From assembly GCA_965218425.1 (NCBI GenBank), contig OZ244621.1, forward strand, positions 1,440,001-1,504,000: a stretch of DNA of 64,000 bases, read 5' to 3'. Below, in pieces: positions 20,938 through 29,916 of this stretch. Positions within the stretch are counted from its first letter, which is position 1. Every line of letters starts with the position of its first letter. Position numbers and translations under genes: made by a program. This DNA is from an uncultured Candidatus Binatia bacterium (GTDB lineage: Bacteria; Desulfobacterota; Binatia; UBA9968; CAXXLF01). Below the pieces are notes generated by a model. The model was not told the DNA's origin. It ran no database searches and was given only the letters and a program-made list of their open reading frames with translations.

Positions 20938-21198
20938 TTAACCGCAGATTTTCGCCGATTCTCGTAGATAAGGATTCGGACATTTCACCGCACGGACGCA
21001 GAGTACGCGGAGGAAATCAGCTTTGCCCAATCGGGAGACGACGATTGGGGGAAAGACTTGGCCTTTAGGAGAGCCATGTTTTTGTTTGTCGTCGTCTCCC
21101 GACAAACAAAAATCTAATTTTCCGCGCCCTCTGTGTCTCTGCGCTTATATTCTTGAAAGGATTTCTTCCTGTGTCCATCTGCGTCAATCTACAGTTAA
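20938..21198. repeat. Composite nested palindromic repeat, copy 2 (complete)
   Basis: Outer TTAACCGCAGAT..ATCTACAGTTAA; middle CGCACGGACGCAGAG..CTCTGTGTCTCTGCG; inner hairpin doublet. Confidence 0.85.
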
Positions 21199-21275
21199 TG
21201 GCTATTCAATGAAAAATTTCAATTCAATCTGGTTAGCCCTTAAAGATAGTTTAGGAAGCGCATTTGGTAAAAATT

Positions 21276-22337
21276 CTAACGTGCGCTGAGTTCATGGACC
21301 GCTTCCACCATGGCCATCACATTTTCCACGGGTGTCTCGGGAAGAACGCCATGGCCCAAGTTAAAGATGTGTCCTGGTCTTCCTTTGGCTCGCTTTAATA
21401 TTTCGGAAACTCGGGCTCGAATCTCGGCCTGAGGCGCAAAGAGTACGGTCGGATCAAGGTTCCCTTGGACCCCAACATCGTAGCCCACGCGTTTCCATCC
21501 CTCCGCCAAATCCACACGCCAGTCCAGACCGATGACGTCACCTCCGGCATCTCGTATGTGCTTGAGCAACCCTGCGGTTCCCGTACCAAAGTGAATGACG
21601 GGAGTCCCCGGGGTCAACCCAGAGATCAATGCGCGCATGTGAGGGAAAACAAACTTCTGATAGTCATCCGGGGCCATGCATCCGACCCAGCTATCGAAGA
21701 TCTGGAGCACCTCTGCACCCGCCGTAATCTGCGCGTTCAGGTGCTTAATCAACGCGCGCGATAGGCGCTCCATCAGTGCATGCCACGCTCCTGGATCAGA
21801 ATAGAGAAGTTGCTTCGTGTAAACATAATTCCGCGAACCACCCCCTTCAATTAAATAGGACGCCAGTGTAAAGGGAGCACCGGCAAAACCAATCAATGGC
21901 ACCCGGCCATCGAGTGCTTTACGAATCTTCTTGACCGCCTCGAAAACAAAAGGAAGGGATTGCTCCGGATCCACTTCATTCAGACGATCTACATCGGCGC
22001 CAGTGCGAACCGGTCTGTGGATTACGGGTCCGTCGTTCTCGGAATACTCCAGTCCCACTCCCATGGGTTCAAGGAGCAAAAGAATATCACTAAACAAAAT
22101 GGCCGCGTCCACCCCCAGGCGCTCCACCGGTAAGAGGGCGATCTCCGCAGCCAGCTCCGGGTTTTTACATAGCTCCAGAAACTCAAATTCCGCCCTAACG
22201 TCTCGATACTCTTTCATATATCGCCCTGCCTGTCGCATGAGCCAAACGGGTGTGTAAGCTGTCTTTTCCCGACGGCAGGCTGCAAGAAACGGGTGATTTG
22301 ATTTGGTCATGGGCTTCTTGTGAGATCTAGGTTCCAT
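21276..22337 (-). CDS. hemE: Uroporphyrinogen decarboxylase
   Basis: [24 protein letters not shown] and FNLGHG motifs; start may be 22310. Confidence 0.97.
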   Translation of the reverse strand: MEPRSHKKPMTKSNHPFLAACRREKTAYTPVWLMRQAGRYMKEYRDVRAEFEFLELCKNPELAAEIALLPVERLGVDAAILFSDILLLLEPMGVGLEYSENDGPVIHRPVRTGADVDRLNEVDPEQSLPFVFEAVKKIRKALDGRVPLIGFAGAPFTLASYLIEGGGSRNYVYTKQLLYSDPGAWHALMERLSRALIKHLNAQITAGAEVLQIFDSWVGCMAPDDYQKFVFPHMRALISGLTPGTPVIHFGTGTAGLLKHIRDAGGDVIGLDWRVDLAEGWKRVGYDVGVQGNLDPTVLFAPQAEIRARVSEILKRAKGRPGHIFNLGHGVLPETPVENVMAMVEAVHELSAR

Positions 22338-22561
22338 TGCGGCGGCTGATGCAGACTATGACAGTGTCAACCCCGATCCAAAAAACTATGGGGAATGAGG
22401 CGGCGAAAACCATCTACCATTACCATCCACCATTTATTATGTACACGTCATGCGCGTCGCACATATATTTCGATCGGGGTTCAAACGTCTTGCATACGAT
22501 CGCGCAGAGCATCGCCATTTTTCTTGGATCGGGGTCAATCGACGACAGCTCCTCGATTGCA

Positions 22562-23683
22562 TTAACGACCTGAGTTGTGAGGTTTCGCCGTACCGATGGC
22601 CTCGTCTCCATATTTTTCTCGAATCCGGTCGATGCCACGGTACAATTTTTCCAGTGTTTGGCGTTTCTGATGATCGAAAATGGACTCCTGCCAGCCTTTG
22701 CTTTGCAGATTACTCGCACTTACGCCCAATAGACGAATGGATCCACCTCGTGTGATATTTTTCTTCAAAAGATGGCGCGCCACCTCGAAGATTTCTCGAT
22801 CAAAACAGGTCGGAGCTTGGAGAGTTTGGGAACGGGTGATGGTTTTGAAATTGGTATAACGAATCTTCACGGTAATACGCCGTGCGTAGGAACCGTGATG
22901 GCGCAACCGTCCGCCAACTTCCTCGATCAACCTCCACAACACCTCCTCCATTTCCTCTACTTTCTGGATTGGTTTATCCAAGGTGGTTTCGTTCCCAATG
23001 GAATGATCGTGAACCCTTTCTTCCTGTTCATTATCATCAAGGCCAAGATGACGGTTTCTGAAATCAGGGTGCTTCAGGAGATCGGCAATGGTTTTGATTC
23101 CCATCTGAGACAATTCTTTATGGGTCTTTGGGCCGACTCCTGGAATAGCCTTGACCGGCAACGGTGAGAGAAAACTACGTTCTGCTTGAGCAGGCACATA
23201 GATTAGCCCATGTGGTTTGGCATAGGTTGCAGCCATCTTTGCCAAGACACGGCTGGTGGAAAGCCCTCCCGAGCATGGGAGACCCAGCTCCGCGTTTACG
23301 CGGTTGATTATGTCATGGGAGGTCTTTAGTGGTGCACCCAGAAGCCTCTCGGTCCCTGTGAGGTCCACGAGCCCTTCGTCGATGGAAATGGCGTGCACTT
23401 CGGGTGAATATTCATCCAGAAGGGCGAAGACCTTCTCAGAATACTCGCTATAAACCCGCCGGCGGCTTGGCAAGAAGATCCCCTGGGGACAGAGTTTTCT
23501 CGCCTGGAAACCCGGCATGGCTGAATGAACTCCGTATTTTCTAGCCTCGTATGAGGCAGAGGTAACAACTCCTCGACCACTGGCACCTCCCACAATGACG
23601 GGCTTGCCCTCCAAGGCAGGATCCAGCACCCGCTCTACAGAGACGTAGAATGAATCCATATCAACGTGAAGATACCAGCGCAC
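22562..23683 (-). CDS. dinB: DNA polymerase IV (Y family)
   Basis: HVDMDSFY, SYEARKYG, SIDE and KPHG motifs. Confidence 0.96.
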   Translation of the reverse strand: MRWYLHVDMDSFYVSVERVLDPALEGKPVIVGGASGRGVVTSASYEARKYGVHSAMPGFQARKLCPQGIFLPSRRRVYSEYSEKVFALLDEYSPEVHAISIDEGLVDLTGTERLLGAPLKTSHDIINRVNAELGLPCSGGLSTSRVLAKMAATYAKPHGLIYVPAQAERSFLSPLPVKAIPGVGPKTHKELSQMGIKTIADLLKHPDFRNRHLGLDDNEQEERVHDHSIGNETTLDKPIQKVEEMEEVLWRLIEEVGGRLRHHGSYARRITVKIRYTNFKTITRSQTLQAPTCFDREIFEVARHLLKKNITRGGSIRLLGVSASNLQSKGWQESIFDHQKRQTLEKLYRGIDRIREKYGDEAIGTAKPHNSGR

Positions 23684-23730
23684 AGCTCCCCGAGATTAGG
23701 TGAGGCTGTGACATATGTCAAATTGCCACC

Positions 23731-23950
23731 CAAACGCGCTAAGCGTATAGCGCAATGCGACTAACTAAGTGACGAGCAACAAGTGCTGAGGACCGAGTGA
23801 GAAGTGTAAAGAGACAACGGACTACGAAAAACCGACTACAGACTCCCAGTCGTCAACCCCTGGATCTGGGTCATAGGTTAGTCGTCGGTGGTCAGCGGTC
23901 TCGAATCCGAAAGGACGCTATGCGTCTGGCGCTATGCCTTTTGCTCTGAC
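23731..23950. repeat. Nested 7-mer inverted-repeat tract
   Basis: GCGCTAAGCGTATAGCG..CGCTATGCGTCTGGCGCTATGC encloses GACAACGGACTACG..GTCGTCGGTGGTC. Confidence 0.65.
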
Positions 23951-24029
23951 CGATCCGTGGTCAGGCTTGACCTAAGAAATACTTAGGTTAAGAATTCTAG
24001 AGGAAACGATTTCATAGGAGGCAAGCCAT

Positions 24030-24428
24030 ATGGTTACGACGATTCCCGAAAAGTTCAAAGACCTTGTCACGAAACAGGCCTTTGCCCACCTTGCTACATT
24101 AATGCCAGACGGTAGTCCCCAGGTTACCCCTGTATGGTTTGACTACGATGGAACCCACATCCTCATCAACACAGCCAAGGCAAGGATCAAAGATAAAAAC
24201 ATGCGAGATCAAAAACAAGTGGCTCTTTCCATCCTGGACCCGGATAACCCGTACCGTCACATGGCCGTGCGCGGTGAGGTGGTGGAAATCACCGAGGAGG
24301 GCGCCGACGCTCATATTGACAAGATGGCCAAGAAGTACCTGGGGAAGAACAAGTACCCCTTTCGACAGCCTGGTGAGGTGCGCGTTCTCTACAAGATCCG
24401 CCCCGAGAAAATCGCAACCATGGGATAG
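24030..24428 (+). CDS. PPOX-class putative F420-dependent oxidoreductase (split beta-barrel)
   Basis: LATLMPDGSPQVTPVWF, DPDNPYRH and HIDKMAKKY motifs. Confidence 0.9.
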   Translation: MVTTIPEKFKDLVTKQAFAHLATLMPDGSPQVTPVWFDYDGTHILINTAKARIKDKNMRDQKQVALSILDPDNPYRHMAVRGEVVEITEEGADAHIDKMAKKYLGKNKYPFRQPGEVRVLYKIRPEKIATMG

Positions 24429-24439
24429 GGAGCGGCGCC

Positions 24440-24770
24440 GACGCCAAAAACGCAAAGCGCATGGAGCATAGTGCAAAGCGTGGGGAACAGCGGGCGGTAT
24501 GCAGTTAGCGGCAGACAGCGGGACGCACATCGTGATAGATCTCCAGTGTAAAACGTTACGCTACGCCCTCTATTCAGTTTTTTGCTGCCCTCTGTACACT
24601 GCCTTCTATCTTTCTGTTATTCTGTGGTCCGAGACCCAGTCCCCAGCACTCGGAACTCAGTACCAAATAGGAGTTGTTCTGAACCGTCTGAACGCTATGC
24701 GCTTTGCGCCATGCACTATGCCCTTTGCTGTTAAGTATTTGTGTTAATCTGCGAAAATCTGCGGTTGTTT
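24440..24770. repeat. Nested 7-mer inverted-repeat tract
   Basis: GCAAAGCGCATGGAGCATAGTGCAAAGCG..CGCTATGCGCTTTGCGCCATGCACTATGCCCTTTGC; also ATCTGCGAAAATCTGCGG. Confidence 0.7.
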
Positions 24771-24786
24771 GCAGTTAGGATTCGGC

Positions 24787-25692
24787 CTAGACCGCGGCGT
24801 TGGCTTCATCAATGGCTCTGCGAATCTCCGCCTTGGCTCATTGCGGTATGGCCGGGACGGGCCAGCGTGGGTACTGTTTCAATGGGAACCCCATGTAGCG
24901 TAGACCTTCCGTGTACGCAGCCCGACCACAGCTCTGTCCTAGACGAATAAAAACCGCATGAAAGCGGATCACGGCCTCCTGCAAACGACCCGCCTCAACG
25001 TCCTTCCTCTGCTCCACAGCACGCACCAAGGCCACTCCAACGTCCGGTGCCAACGTGAGAGGCGGACTGACGGTGCCGGTAATGCCACAACGAAGGCCCG
25101 GGTAGAGGGAACTGGCCAATACAAACAATCCAAAATCCGGTCCCAATGCTTCCCGGTACTCCATCGCATCGTCGATGGACCCCATGGCCAGCTTAGCCCC
25201 AAACAATCTGGGGGCTACCTCACGCATCCTGCGGAGTCTGGCAGGGATCACCGGGTACCCCTGGTATTTGGGATTGTTGTAGAAAAAGAGTGGCATCTTG
25301 AGGGCGTCATCAAGAAACCTAACATGTTCCAATATCTCCGCCTCTGAGCGGTCACTATAATAGTAGGGTCCAACAATACCCACGGCATCCGCGCCCTCCG
25401 CTCGGGCATGGAGCCCTAGCTCCCTGGATGTATAAGGATCCACCGCACCGATATGAACCACAATAGGAACCTTCCCATGCACTCGCGCCATAATCACTTC
25501 GAGTCCTCGCTTCCGTTGTTCCACCGACATTGCTGGACCTTGGCCATAGGAACCAAATACGAACAGCGACTCTACTCTCCGTTCCACATAATAACCCGCC
25601 ATTTCAGCGAGTAGTTTCTCGTCCAAGCCCCCATCTCCGTCGAAAGGAGTGGGCAATGGAAGAAGCATGCCTTTCACACCTTCGTGTCCCAT
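24787..25692 (-). CDS. Dihydrodipicolinate synthase-like aldolase/lyase; in-frame TGA at 24838-24840 precedes the last helix
   Basis: PLPTPF, GSYGQG, YNNP and Schiff-base Lys (GAKLA); the frame continues AKAEIRRAIDEANAAV to TAG at 24787. Confidence 0.82.
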
Positions 25693-25830
25693 GGGTCTAT
25701 ACCCCTTTCCCTGTCAAGTTCACTGCTTGAAGTCTCGTTTTAACTCGTATGATACAGAGAGAAAGTTCCCAAGTCCAAATTGGTTTCAATCAGGCGGATT
25801 CGAAATCGCTCACTTAGTCCTTGGAATCTT

Positions 25831-26907
25831 TCAAGAGAGAAATCGCGGGATCACTTCTTTCCCCAAGAGGCGAAGCGCCTCTGGAATATCTGGACCCAGA
25901 GGAACGCCGATTACCAACTGATCGAAATCTAACTCCGCAAGGTGTCCTTTTAATTCGGAGCATCTTTCAATACATTCTTCCGGGGTTCCTGCGAAAACAA
26001 ACCCTGCTTTTTTCACCAAGTCGTCCGATACTCGTCGGGCCGCCTCGTCTACGCCTAGACCCTTGAGATAGGCCTCAGCAACGCGGCCTACTTCTTCGCG
26101 GTCCAGTCCAAGAGTATCCAGAACCTCGGGATAGCGGATGAATGTCCCAGACAAACCATAGGAGCTGTTCCTCTTTGCCCAATCCATGGCGCGCTTTCCA
26201 TCTCGAGACACCGAGATGTGAATGTTATAGATTTTCTTAAACGAACGCCCGGTGTCTGAGCGGCCGCGTGCTGATTCGACGGCCTCTGCAGCCTGCTTCA
26301 ACAGGCCTCTCTGAACACCGCGGAAAGACGTGCGAGCCACCAATTGAGAAAAGATTACACCATCTGCAAACTTCCCAGCCACCTCGTACATCTTCGGACC
26401 CCCGGCGGCAAGGTAGACGGGAACTTGATCTGGGGGAGGAAAATAAAGGCGCGCGCTGGATTTCGTATTGTAACGAAACCGACCCGCAAGCTGGGGGAAC
26501 CCTCCCAGTTCAACCGACCCACCCGCTAGAAGCCCCCTTATCAGTTGGACGCTTTCTGCCATCACCGATACGGGATTCCGTTTCTCAGCCGTCACCTGAA
26601 CCTGTACTGCTCCGCCCACGCCCAGTCCGATCGCAACCCCCCGTCCCGGATGAGCAAGCTTGGCAATGGAAGCGTATCGCTGAGCCAAGTCCAACGGGTT
26701 GCGCCAGGGAAAGGTCACCATGGGTCCAACAGAGACGTCTAGACTCATGGCCATGGCGGCCAGGATCGTGCTGCAGTCCTCATACTGGAACTCGTCACAC
26801 ATCCAGATGGAATGAAACGGGTACTCTTGGAGTGCCTGCTTACCGTAGGTAACGAGGCTTTTAATGGAATCCCAGGGCCAAAATTGAGTTCCCACTTCTA
26901 ATGCCAT
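25831..26907 (-). CDS. LLM-class flavin/F420-dependent oxidoreductase (Mer-like)
   Basis: VTFPWRNP, PVYLAAGGPKM, FADGV, AGTPEEC and PLGPD motifs. Confidence 0.87.
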   Translation of the reverse strand: MALEVGTQFWPWDSIKSLVTYGKQALQEYPFHSIWMCDEFQYEDCSTILAAMAMSLDVSVGPMVTFPWRNPLDLAQRYASIAKLAHPGRGVAIGLGVGGAVQVQVTAEKRNPVSVMAESVQLIRGLLAGGSVELGGFPQLAGRFRYNTKSSARLYFPPPDQVPVYLAAGGPKMYEVAGKFADGVIFSQLVARTSFRGVQRGLLKQAAEAVESARGRSDTGRSFKKIYNIHISVSRDGKRAMDWAKRNSSYGLSGTFIRYPEVLDTLGLDREEVGRVAEAYLKGLGVDEAARRVSDDLVKKAGFVFAGTPEECIERCSELKGHLAELDFDQLVIGVPLGPDIPEALRLLGKEVIPRFLS

Positions 26908-27020
26908 GGTGTCGTCTCCTCTAACGAAGCTCTCGACTTGCTTGTAACTGCGCTTCTTCGGGGGTCTTGTCCACTAAAACAACAATCCCCAGCGCTCCTC
27001 ACGTTATCGCATCGTTGGCC

Positions 27021-27779
27021 TTAACCTCTTCGATACTCCTCTAACCCAGCTCTAAGCATCTGTGCGTGCAGATCTACCGAAGTCTTAGCACAGTACTCCA
27101 TGCCGTATCCGGGTCTCTCCTCCGCCATGCCATCCTCCAAGAGACGGCGCAGCACAGCTCGGTTAAACGAACCGTGCGCCATAATACCCTCCTCATGCTC
27201 CTCCAGATCAGCCTCCTCGTGGGTACCGAAATACGTGGCCTCCTGATCACTAAAACCGTATTTCTGAGTCAGTGCGGCACGGAAATCTTTGGACCAGTGA
27301 CCGATCATCTCCTCGGTACAGATGGAAGACCACCATTCAGCTACCGTCCCTTCATAGAGCAGAGTCCGAACAAAATCGATCTTTCCACGGAACATGGGCA
27401 ATAGCGGCTGCATAAAGATCTCCTCTTCGGCGATACCAAGCGCCTTGGCGGTCTGCAGCATGACCAGGTAGTGACCCGGCGGCTTCGGATGAATAAATTC
27501 GTCGGCAATCTTCACCCCTAACGGAGCCATCAAATCCCTGTGCTTTTTGAAAAAAGGCAAATGCTTCTGGTAGGTGGAAGCCACGATGGTATTGATTTCG
27601 ATGGTATACGCCCCCCAATTGCGGAAGAAGAGTTTGATGGCGCCTTTCGGCAGCTCACCCTTTATCAGCGAGGCCATAAATTCACCTTGGGTTACCACTT
27701 CCCCCCATCGTTTCGCTACGATGCTATATAGATTGTCAACAGCGGCCTTGGCCGCCTCGGACGACAGTTTCTCCGCCAT
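27021..27779 (-). CDS. Heme-oxygenase-like diiron protein (TenA/PqqC/CADD fold)
   Basis: Helical sequence with DEFIHPKPPGH, CTEE and YFGTHEEADLEEH ligand-like motifs. Confidence 0.75.
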   Translation of the reverse strand: MAEKLSSEAAKAAVDNLYSIVAKRWGEVVTQGEFMASLIKGELPKGAIKLFFRNWGAYTIEINTIVASTYQKHLPFFKKHRDLMAPLGVKIADEFIHPKPPGHYLVMLQTAKALGIAEEEIFMQPLLPMFRGKIDFVRTLLYEGTVAEWWSSICTEEMIGHWSKDFRAALTQKYGFSDQEATYFGTHEEADLEEHEEGIMAHGSFNRAVLRRLLEDGMAEERPGYGMEYCAKTSVDLHAQMLRAGLEEYRRG

Positions 27780-27806
27780 CAGATTCTCCCCCTTAGTTTC
27801 ATTGTT

Positions 27807-28862
27807 TTAAAATTCGGCTAGCTCACCTTGCTGGGTGATCATGAGCCCGATATTCTCCATGGCTGGACGACCCGTATGGACCAGGATTCGGGCCGGCTCT
27901 TTTCCCGTGTTGAAGTGCTGGTGCCACGAGAAGACCGGGATCGCTAAACTATCACCTTTTTTCCATTCATAGCGCTTGTCTTCAATGATGCTGTATCCCT
28001 CTCCTGACAGAATGTGGTTGACCTCTTCGTAGTGATGCCGATGGGCACCTGAGCGTTTTCCCGGCCCGATTTCAGCCACCAGAGTAGACATAACCTTCAC
28101 ATGGAAGCCGATCTTAGGGTCCACCACAGGTGCCACCCATCCCATGGGAGTTTTCTCAAACTTGAGGTCCTTCCCTTTTACCAGGACTTTTCCCTTCCTC
28201 CTCTCTTCTTCCTCCATTTCGGCAAACTTTAACTGATCAAAATAAAGTCTCGCCGCAGTCGAATTATTGAACTGCGAGAGTTCCATTCCAGAGGGCACAC
28301 CCCGCTGTGCGTCGGGGATTTCCGTTGCCCCGGGGATGAGGCTTTTCATTGCATCATCGCCCTTCTGAGCAAATACCCAATATTCCGGGTATCGTTCGTC
28401 CTCGTATATGGCAACCCCGATCCCCATAGATAAGGGTCCCGTGGTGGAGGCCACATAGACCATATCATCGTCCGAGAGATTGACATGCCGGTGCCAGGCA
28501 AAGACCGGAACACACAGGAAATCGCCCTCTTCCCAGTCGTAGCGAACGCCATCGATGATACTGTATCCATGACCTTTGACAATATAAATGACCGCCTCCA
28601 CAGTATGGCGATGGCCCATGGTCTTCCACTCATTGTTCTCTTCCCCTGGCTGAAAACCGTTGATCCAGAAGCGAATGATCCTCGCATTGAAACCGAGCCT
28701 CGGATCCACAAGCAGAACCCAGTTGTGCCCATGGAAATCACGGTCAATCTTCTCCCTTGGAATATGAACGGGGGCTTTTTCCCGCCTCTTCAACTCTTCC
28801 TTCGCGAAGGTCACCTGCTCCATGTACATTTTTAAATATTCTTCATAACTTGGGCCGGCCAT
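27807..28862 (-). CDS. Bicupin protein, gentisate 1,2-dioxygenase-like
   Basis: Two repeats of HRH..E..G.GYSII..RY.W..GD..PVF.WH.H.N. Confidence 0.85.
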   Translation of the reverse strand: MAGPSYEEYLKMYMEQVTFAKEELKRREKAPVHIPREKIDRDFHGHNWVLLVDPRLGFNARIIRFWINGFQPGEENNEWKTMGHRHTVEAVIYIVKGHGYSIIDGVRYDWEEGDFLCVPVFAWHRHVNLSDDDMVYVASTTGPLSMGIGVAIYEDERYPEYWVFAQKGDDAMKSLIPGATEIPDAQRGVPSGMELSQFNNSTAARLYFDQLKFAEMEEEERRKGKVLVKGKDLKFEKTPMGWVAPVVDPKIGFHVKVMSTLVAEIGPGKRSGAHRHHYEEVNHILSGEGYSIIEDKRYEWKKGDSLAIPVFSWHQHFNTGKEPARILVHTGRPAMENIGLMITQQGELAEF

Positions 28863-29050
28863 GTTTGAGGATCCTCCTTGAATAATTAGGATTGTATCTA
28901 ATCACACGCCCTCCCTGAGGGTCAAGAGACTGATCCTTCCCTGCTCTAGAGCCCCTGTGGAGGCCCACGTCTGACCATGAGCTTGCATTACGGCATTGCA
29001 GGGAGGAAAATAATTATAGTACCACCGAATTCTAGGAGCCAACTGCAACC

Positions 29051-29275
29051 ATGCCCAAGGCCTTTCTCGCTGTATCATGTGACGATGTACGGGAGGAGAT
29101 GAGAGGAAAAGTCAGCCTGATGGGTATCTTTAGTCAGTTCATGGTCGCTGATTTTTCTAAACCTCTTCCTCGTTTCCGCCTTTTCGCAAAGATAGGATTT
29201 GAGAGCGACGGAAACCACCCGTTTATCATCAGACTCCGAAGCGTCGAAGGGCAGACCATCTTTGAGCTCCGTGGC
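29051..29275 (+). pseudogene. DUF6941-like protein truncated by an IS remnant
   Basis: N-terminal CDDVREEMRGKVSLMGIF; runs into the IS3 fragment. Confidence 0.55.
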
Positions 29276-29445
29276 GCCGTGTCGCCAGCACAGATCTGAG
29301 GTCTTTACCCCCGCCTCCGCTTCCTTCAACACCCCTATTATCTGCTCCTCGCTGAATCGCTTCCCCTTCATTCTGTCCTCCTTTCGCTCCCTAAACCGCA
29401 GGAGGACTAACTTTCAAAATGGTCTAGTTTTTGGGGGGCAGGTCA
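29276..29445 (-). mobile_element. IS3-family (IS407-like) left-end remnant
   Basis: Minus strand begins TGACCTGCCCCCC at 29445; orfA MKGKRFSEEQIIGVLKEAEAGVKTSDLCWRHG starts at 29371 and then breaks off. Confidence 0.88.
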
Positions 29446-29519
29446 TCTGGGGTATCAACTTTAAGTGGGAATTCGGCACCGGCTCTCTCGCTTCCTGGAT
29501 GAAAGCTAAAAAGAGCTAA

Positions 29520-29640
29520 GCCGCAAAAAACTAGCCGCAGACTTACGCAGATTATCGCAGACACAATTTTTTATGCCCTGCGGGGAATTTTCAGCCGTTT
29601 CGGCTGAAAGCAAATCTGTGTCAGTCTGCGTCCATAAAGT
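29520..29640. repeat. CGCAGA-type inverted repeat element
   Basis: CCGCAGACTTACGCAGATTATCGCAGAC..ATCTGTGTCAGTCTGCGTC with central hairpin TTTCAGCCG-TTT-CGGCTGAAA. Confidence 0.65.
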
Positions 29641-29916
29641 GTTACCAATCAGATATTGACTCATAGATATGAGTCATATGGGATCCTAGCGGGATGGAAA
29701 AGGGACGGAACATTGAACCGCGTGCTCAAACGGTGGTTGCCGTACATGGATTTTTTCAAATCAGTCTTAGGATAATGCTCCTCTATGGCTCAAACCCGTC
29801 CTGGGGACTCGTAAACTTCTCTTTCAAAATCTGCGGTTTTAGGACAATTTGGACGAGCTGAGGTAGACATTCCCTCCAGGGTGAGGTAAGAGCCGTCAGG
29901 TTGGGCGATTAGGGCA

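Noticed and set aside
22420..22719. Small ORFs between dinB and hemE
   Set aside because: They overlap dinB or the GATCGGGGT motifs and show no recognisable domain.
23731..24770. CRISPR array
   Set aside because: The repeats are degenerate 7-mers in inverted arrangement, with no constant repeat-spacer period and no cas genes.
29694..29870. Possible toxin-antitoxin remnant (VVAVHGFF)
   Set aside because: The similarity is too short to support a call.
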